A stretch of 64,000 nt of DNA, taken from a virus (lineage: Duplodnaviria > Heunggongvirae > Uroviricota > Caudoviricetes). This document shows positions 59,969 to 64,000 of the stretch, piece after piece (positions within the stretch are counted from its first letter, which is position 1; the number at the start of each line of letters is the position of its first letter). The DNA is taken from the IMG/VR virus record IMGVR_UViG_3300022918_000010; one strand, 5' to 3'. The notes under the pieces are model-generated. The model was not told the origin of the DNA, did no database searches, and was given only the letters and a program-made list of their open reading frames with translations. Made by a program: the position numbers and the translations under genes.

Positions 59969-60044
59969 TCTTGTGGGAGGGATTTGAACCCCCGTACTCC
60001 TCAGTCCAATTGAGGTTAGATAAACCAGACTCCTATACCACAAG
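59969..60044 (-). tRNA. trnP: tRNA-Pro (TGG)
   Basis: Acceptor CTTGTGG/CCACAAG (C1:G72, A73), anticodon arm CCTCA-ATTGGAC-TGAGG, T loop TTCAAAT. Confidence 0.85.
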
Positions 60045-60058
60045 ATAAATTCTCCTTA

Positions 60059-60095
60059 AACAAAAAACCCCTAATCAATTAAGACCAGGGGTTTA
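60059..60095 (-). terminator. Intrinsic terminator between the leader ORF and the tRNA genes (candidate attenuator)
   Basis: AAACCCCTGGTC-TTAATT-GATTAGGGGTTT stem (12 bp including 2 G:U) then TTTGTTT; ~15 nt upstream of tRNA-Pro. Confidence 0.85.
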
Positions 60096-60131
60096 CCTTC
60101 GGGAGAAAGGGTAATATTTTATATTAAACCT

Positions 60132-60203
60132 TTACACACAAATATAACCCCCGTAATAAAACGGATGCCATTGTTGTTGTATAAAGATTTGTTGTACTTT
60201 CAT
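60132..60203 (-). CDS. Candidate attenuator leader peptide MKVQQIFIQQQWHPFYYGGYICV (23 aa)
   Basis: ATG AAA GTA CAA CAA ATC TTT ATA CAA CAA CAA TGG CAT CCG TTT TAT TAC GGG GGT TAT ATT TGT GTG TAA, between a promoter and a terminator. Confidence 0.7.
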   Translation of the reverse strand: MKVQQIFIQQQWHPFYYGGYICV

Positions 60204-60207
60204 ATAG

Positions 60208-60239
60208 TAAATATAGTGATTATTATTAATATCCCCAAA
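60208..60239 (-). promoter_or_regulatory. Bacteroidota sigma70-type promoter (-33 TTTG, 20-nt spacer, -7 TATATTTA)
   Basis: Matches the TTTG-N19-21-TAnnTTTG consensus except the last base; 4 nt upstream of the leader ATG. Confidence 0.65.
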
Positions 60240-60390
60240 ACATTTTTCTTTTATTCTCTCTATCTAATTTTATTAGATATAATAACTCATTTAACATTAT
60301 CCAATCTTTACCATTAGTATATGTTTTACTATCTTCTTTAACTGGATAATAACCTAATCTAGTTATTTCATCTTGATCTTCTATTGTCAT
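60226..60390 (-). CDS. Hypothetical protein (54 aa)
   Basis: Hand-translated MTIEDQDEITRLGYYPVKEDSKTYTNGKDW...FWGY. Confidence 0.45.
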   Translation of the reverse strand: MTIEDQDEITRLGYYPVKEDSKTYTNGKDWIMLNELLYLIKLDRENKRKMFWGY

Positions 60391-60411
60391 TAATCTTCTA
60401 TTCCTTCCCAG

Positions 60412-60624
60412 TTAGTCTTCATATATAATTTTTCTAGCATCTTCGAGTTCTTTTTCTTTAATAGTAGTTTCTAAAGTAATAGTCATTAACTTAAATGCAT
60501 CTTGAACAGCCTTATCAATCATAGCTTTTCCTCCACTACCTGTATGTACAGCAATAGATTTTACTGAATGACCATTACTTGTAAATATATCTTTTAAATA
60601 TTGCTCTATATCTTTACTCTCCAT
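60412..60624 (-). CDS. Hypothetical protein
   Basis: 70-aa ORF; TATCTTTA (-7-like) 3 nt upstream of the ATG. Confidence 0.55.
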   Translation of the reverse strand: MESKDIEQYLKDIFTSNGHSVKSIAVHTGSGGKAMIDKAVQDAFKLMTITLETTIKEKELEDARKIIYED

Positions 60625-60749
60625 ATATAAAGATACGTATTTCTTCTAGATCTTTCTTAAATCTTTCTTCAGGAGTAATTAATATATCTTCATTATTAAA
60701 ATCTAAAAATACTAATCTAAAAGATTGTAAGGGTCCTGTACCTGGACCA

Positions 60750-61148
60750 TTAAGCTTTAATAATTTCTCTGATTCGTTCCAACTCATCTTGTTTATCTGT
60801 GGTTATTTTACTAATCATATCAAATAATTGATTAGACATTTCTTTAAGTTTATTTACTTCATCTTTAAGGCTTTTAATCTCTCCTTCAGCTACTGCTAAT
60901 TTAATAGATGTTGGATCTGTATATGTTGTGCCTGTACTTGGTGCTGCTATTGTAGTCCATGCTGTTGTACCTTGTATAGTTAAACTATTTTTCCCCATCA
61001 TTATACCTGAGTTATTATGAGCTGATTGTATATATTCTTTAGCTGATTGAGCTATTTGATCTACATATTTTTGTTTCTGTTCTTGAGTAGGTATTGCTCT
61101 ACTTGAATAATCCTGTAATTTTGCTGTCTCATCTAATGTTGCACTCAT
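60750..61148 (-). CDS. Hypothetical protein with C-terminal coiled coil
   Basis: 132-aa ORF, followed by a GGTCC/GGACC hairpin. Confidence 0.6.
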   Translation of the reverse strand: MSATLDETAKLQDYSSRAIPTQEQKQKYVDQIAQSAKEYIQSAHNNSGIMMGKNSLTIQGTTAWTTIAAPSTGTTYTDPTSIKLAVAEGEIKSLKDEVNKLKEMSNQLFDMISKITTDKQDELERIREIIKA

Positions 61149-61324
61149 ATATCTTCTTTTAAATATTGTCTAATATTATACAATTCTAATAATCTATTTA
61201 TTTCTTTAGCATCTCCAAGAGATATTATATCAAATTTAGGATTATATACAGTAGTTACTTTTATACCATTATAAATATAAGTATTTAATATTTCTCCTGT
61301 ATCATTATCTATCTCCCAAGCCAT
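61145..61324 (-). CDS. Hypothetical protein (59 aa)
   Basis: Hand-translated MAWEIDNDTGEILNTYIYNGIKVTTVYNPKF...; ATGA overlap with the next gene. Confidence 0.55.
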   Translation of the reverse strand: MAWEIDNDTGEILNTYIYNGIKVTTVYNPKFDIISLGDAKEINRLLELYNIRQYLKEDI

Positions 61325-61600
61325 ATATTATTATTATTGGTTGTCGACGCTAACTTATAAAGGACTACCTTAATAAATCAAATATACTAATTATTTATAA
61401 TAAAGTTCTATCTCATCAACTTTAACTTTAATATCTATAAAATCCATAGATTCTATTGGATCATTTGACATAATCTTTATTATAAATCCATCCTCTAATA
61501 CATTCCATATAATACATTTCTTATTATTCCATATTACTCTATCATGTTTCTTCATGTACAAATATAAAATTTTTTACCCATAATTTTTATAGTGTGTTTT

Positions 61601-61619
61601 AGTGTGTATGTGGGTACTA
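61601..61619 (+). repeat. GT-rich motif copy 1, AGTGTGTATGTGGGTACTA
   Basis: 15/19 identical to 62702-62720; both copies are intergenic, upstream of plus-strand genes. Confidence 0.45.
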
Positions 61620-61678
61620 CTCAATGCTCCCCGTCTTACTATTAGCGGCAATGGTGCCCCACTTTAAACTATATTATT

Positions 61679-61954
61679 ATGGCTGAATTAAGCAATCAAG
61701 GATTAATTCCTTTGGACAGATTTATGAAAGTAGCAGGATTGGATGGACTTCAATTCAAAAAAGGTAAAGGCAGACAATTCTGTTCTACACCTGTTGGAGT
61801 AGTCTTTATGGCTGACAAATTCAACAAAGATGATGTACAGAAATTCATTACTGTAGCTGGTCCAGGTGTTGAAACCAAACAAGGTGTATCTTTAGAAGGT
61901 ACATTGTGGTTGGTGAATGCTCAAGTACAAGATGGTGATTTAATTGGTGCTTAA
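61679..61954 (+). CDS. Hypothetical protein, first gene of the plus-strand block
   Basis: 91-aa ORF with A-rich upstream context, followed by an ACTCC-TACG-GGAGT hairpin. Confidence 0.7.
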   Translation: MAELSNQGLIPLDRFMKVAGLDGLQFKKGKGRQFCSTPVGVVFMADKFNKDDVQKFITVAGPGVETKQGVSLEGTLWLVNAQVQDGDLIGA

Positions 61955-61962
61955 TCAACACC

Positions 61963-62391
61963 ACTCCTACGGGAGTAATTATGGGTACACAAGCATGTTA
62001 TAATAGACATGCTTGTTACTTAAACTATGATTATGTCATAGCAAATTGATTACCTATATTATGTTCTTTATTAATATAGTCAACTATTGCAATAAGATTA
62101 TCCTATGTATGTAATAGCATGTATGATTGTGACTGGAGCTGAAGAAACGTTCCGTTAACCTACATATAAGATAAGTGAGCAATATTAATACTAGTATAAG
62201 ATCAACGCATCTGTGTTTTTATGAACAGGAGTAGCAGAGTGAGTACTAGTATTATTTAACTACTATAGACATGTTATTTGGATTAAGTTATAAGATCTAT
62301 GATCAATAAGCCAATAATACATCATCTATAGTAGTTATTTTCTTTAAACTATAATATGTTTCATACTCATCCTGTGATAAAGTATAAACAT
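61963..62391. other. Non-coding array of abutting hairpins (candidate structured RNA or ssDNA element)
   Basis: About eight consecutive inverted repeats, including perfect 10-, 11- and 13-bp stems; no ORF of 60 aa or more. Confidence 0.5.
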
Positions 62392-62441
62392 CTGAAATAT
62401 AATTAACTATCAATTAACTAATAACAACTAAACTTCTACCT

Positions 62442-62696
62442 ATGAAACTGATTTCCCTTATAAAAAGAAACAAAACAGAGTTATTTAATTGTTTATTATT
62501 ATCTCTGTCTATATATATACTACTAGCTCTGTTGTTATATACTGTTGATCATCTAATTACTCCAGAACATATAACACCAAACACTTTCTTACAATGTTTA
62601 TCTAATACATTCGTTGTATATTCTGCACTTATCTACTCTTTTATTAGTTGTTATATCTATATAATCGACGTTAAAACATGTTTAGAGGACGTTTAG
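62442..62696 (+). CDS. Small membrane protein (two predicted TM helices)
   Basis: Two hydrophobic stretches in 84 aa. Confidence 0.55.
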   Translation: MKLISLIKRNKTELFNCLLLSLSIYILLALLLYTVDHLITPEHITPNTFLQCLSNTFVVYSALIYSFISCYIYIIDVKTCLEDV

Positions 62697-62701
62697 GTGT
62701 G

Positions 62702-62720
62702 AGTGAGTGTGTGGGTATTA
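62702..62720 (+). repeat. GT-rich motif copy 2, AGTGAGTGTGTGGGTATTA
   Basis: 15/19 identical to 61601-61619. Confidence 0.45.
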
Positions 62721-62809
62721 TCAAGAAGAACAATCCATAACAAGTTAGATGAGTCTAACTTTACCAATTAGAGATAACTAACTAATAGCTATAAACTAAT
62801 CTAACTCAA

Positions 62810-63082
62810 ATGAGAACACCAAAACTAATATGTCCAATACATTCTAATATAGTAGATTGTGAAGAATATGAAATGGGTATTATAATACCTTATCAAGTAA
62901 ATGATATATATACTATTACTAATTGGATTGATACAAATATGGATTCAAGACTAGTAAATAAAGCATATGAAGTGTATGGTGATTGTATTATAACTCATAT
63001 GATTGTTATAGAAAGACTTGATAATGAAGTATTCAATAATGATCTAATTGCTAAATGTATTATTATTAATCAAGATATATAA
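62810..63082 (+). CDS. Hypothetical protein
   Basis: 90-aa ORF with A-rich leader. Confidence 0.55.
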   Translation: MRTPKLICPIHSNIVDCEEYEMGIIIPYQVNDIYTITNWIDTNMDSRLVNKAYEVYGDCIITHMIVIERLDNEVFNNDLIAKCIIINQDI

Positions 63083-63350
63083 TCATGAGCTTAACTCAAA
63101 CAACACAGCAAGTAGAAGAACAAGATGAATTGTATTCTACTTATAAACAACTATTACAAGAATAATGCTGATAATAAGAATATAAAGCAGTTACAGTTTA
63201 TAAGAGAGCATATAGTTAATAGTATAGATTTAACTAATAGAAATAAACATCTGTTATTAGCTTGTTATCATGTACATATGGTTGAACTAGTATAATAACT
63301 ACAATATCCTTCACAACTAACTGAATATCAACCTTTTAACAAATACGACA

Positions 63351-63551
63351 ATGAAAAAGATATTAATAGGAAATTGTGTCTACTTACCAATAATAGACAC
63401 AAACAAATACGTTGCTTCTAGTATTAGTGGTGATGTATATTTAAATGAAATATATACTCTAGAGGAGATCCAAGATAAGTGGAAAGATTGGAGTGGTTTA
63501 GTATATGTAGATAACTTACATGAATTAACTAAAGCTTGGGGAACTAGATAA
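63351..63551 (+). CDS. Hypothetical protein
   Basis: 66-aa ORF, stop coupled to the next ATG. Confidence 0.55.
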   Translation: MKKILIGNCVYLPIIDTNKYVASSISGDVYLNEIYTLEEIQDKWKDWSGLVYVDNLHELTKAWGTR

Positions 63552-63790
63552 TGAAAAGATATTATATTACAATTATAGATCTATCTACAGGAAGTAGAAG
63601 AGATTATACTAAAAATACAGCTGCTGAAACTATACCTGTTATTAATGATCACTTAGGTGGTTTTAATAACATAGGTGGAAGTAGAGAAGCTCAAAAGTTT
63701 AGTGATATTAGTAGTGATTACTGTTTAACAGGATTTACTAAAGATAATACTAAAGCTTATTCTATTATATGTATTACTTTACCTGAATAG
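63551..63790 (+). CDS. Hypothetical protein
   Basis: 79-aa ORF. Confidence 0.55.
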   Translation: MKRYYITIIDLSTGSRRDYTKNTAAETIPVINDHLGGFNNIGGSREAQKFSDISSDYCLTGFTKDNTKAYSIICITLPE

Positions 63791-63836
63791 TTCTTTCTTC
63801 AGGAAATAGAGACGGAGGCTTTTAATCAAATAATAA

Positions 63837-63919
63837 GGTCATATGTCAGAGTGGTAATGAGATGGTCTGCAACACCATTAAAACCGAAAGGAACGTTGGT
63901 TCGAATCCAACTATGACCT
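63837..63919 (+). tRNA. trnC: tRNA-Cys (GCA) with extended 16-nt variable region
   Basis: Acceptor GGTCATA/TATGACC, U73, anticodon arm ATGGT-CTGCAAC-ACCAT, T arm GTTGG-TTCGAAT-CCAAC, variable region TAAAACCGAAAGGAAC. Confidence 0.8.
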
Positions 63920-64000
63920 CAAATATTAACTAAATTAAATAATCATGAATGACTTTCTAACAAATCAATTTGGCTTTGATATATATAGTAATATGGATAG

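Noticed and set aside
63811-63836. GGAGGCTTTTAATC resembling a tRNA-Lys anticodon loop just before tRNA-Cys
   Set aside because: The flanks do not pair into an anticodon stem and there is no cloverleaf.

Overview
64 kb segment of a crAss-like (Crassvirales) Bacteroidota phage in the standard genetic code. Positions 1 to ~61.3 kb are one minus-strand virion/packaging module. Read in transcription order it holds: small ORFs, a tRNA region, HU/IHF-like and PD-(D/E)xK genes, terminase large subunit, portal, head fibre, acidic scaffold-like protein, major capsid protein, ring/auxiliary capsid/hub-like proteins, two paralogous tail spikes with SGNH esterase domains, Fn3/Ig decoration proteins, a metallophosphoesterase, muzzle (tail stabilisation) protein, cargo proteins, a 4497-aa virion RNA polymerase (DFDID motif, zincin HExxH), and a further giant cargo gene with a PD-(D/E)xK domain that runs off the left edge. 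At ~61.6 kb the coding strand flips to short plus-strand, early-type genes. Nine tRNA genes were read by hand. The most striking unannotated feature is a six-tRNA operon (Pro, Phe, Ile-UAU, Gln, His, Trp). It is preceded by a Bacteroidota-type promoter, a 23-codon leader ORF whose 12-codon core (QQIFIQQQWHPF) uses only those six amino acids, and a terminator/antiterminator pair, so it looks like a ribosome-mediated attenuator that switches phage tRNAs on when host tRNAs run short. Protein calls rest on motif recognition and synteny only; no database searches were run.
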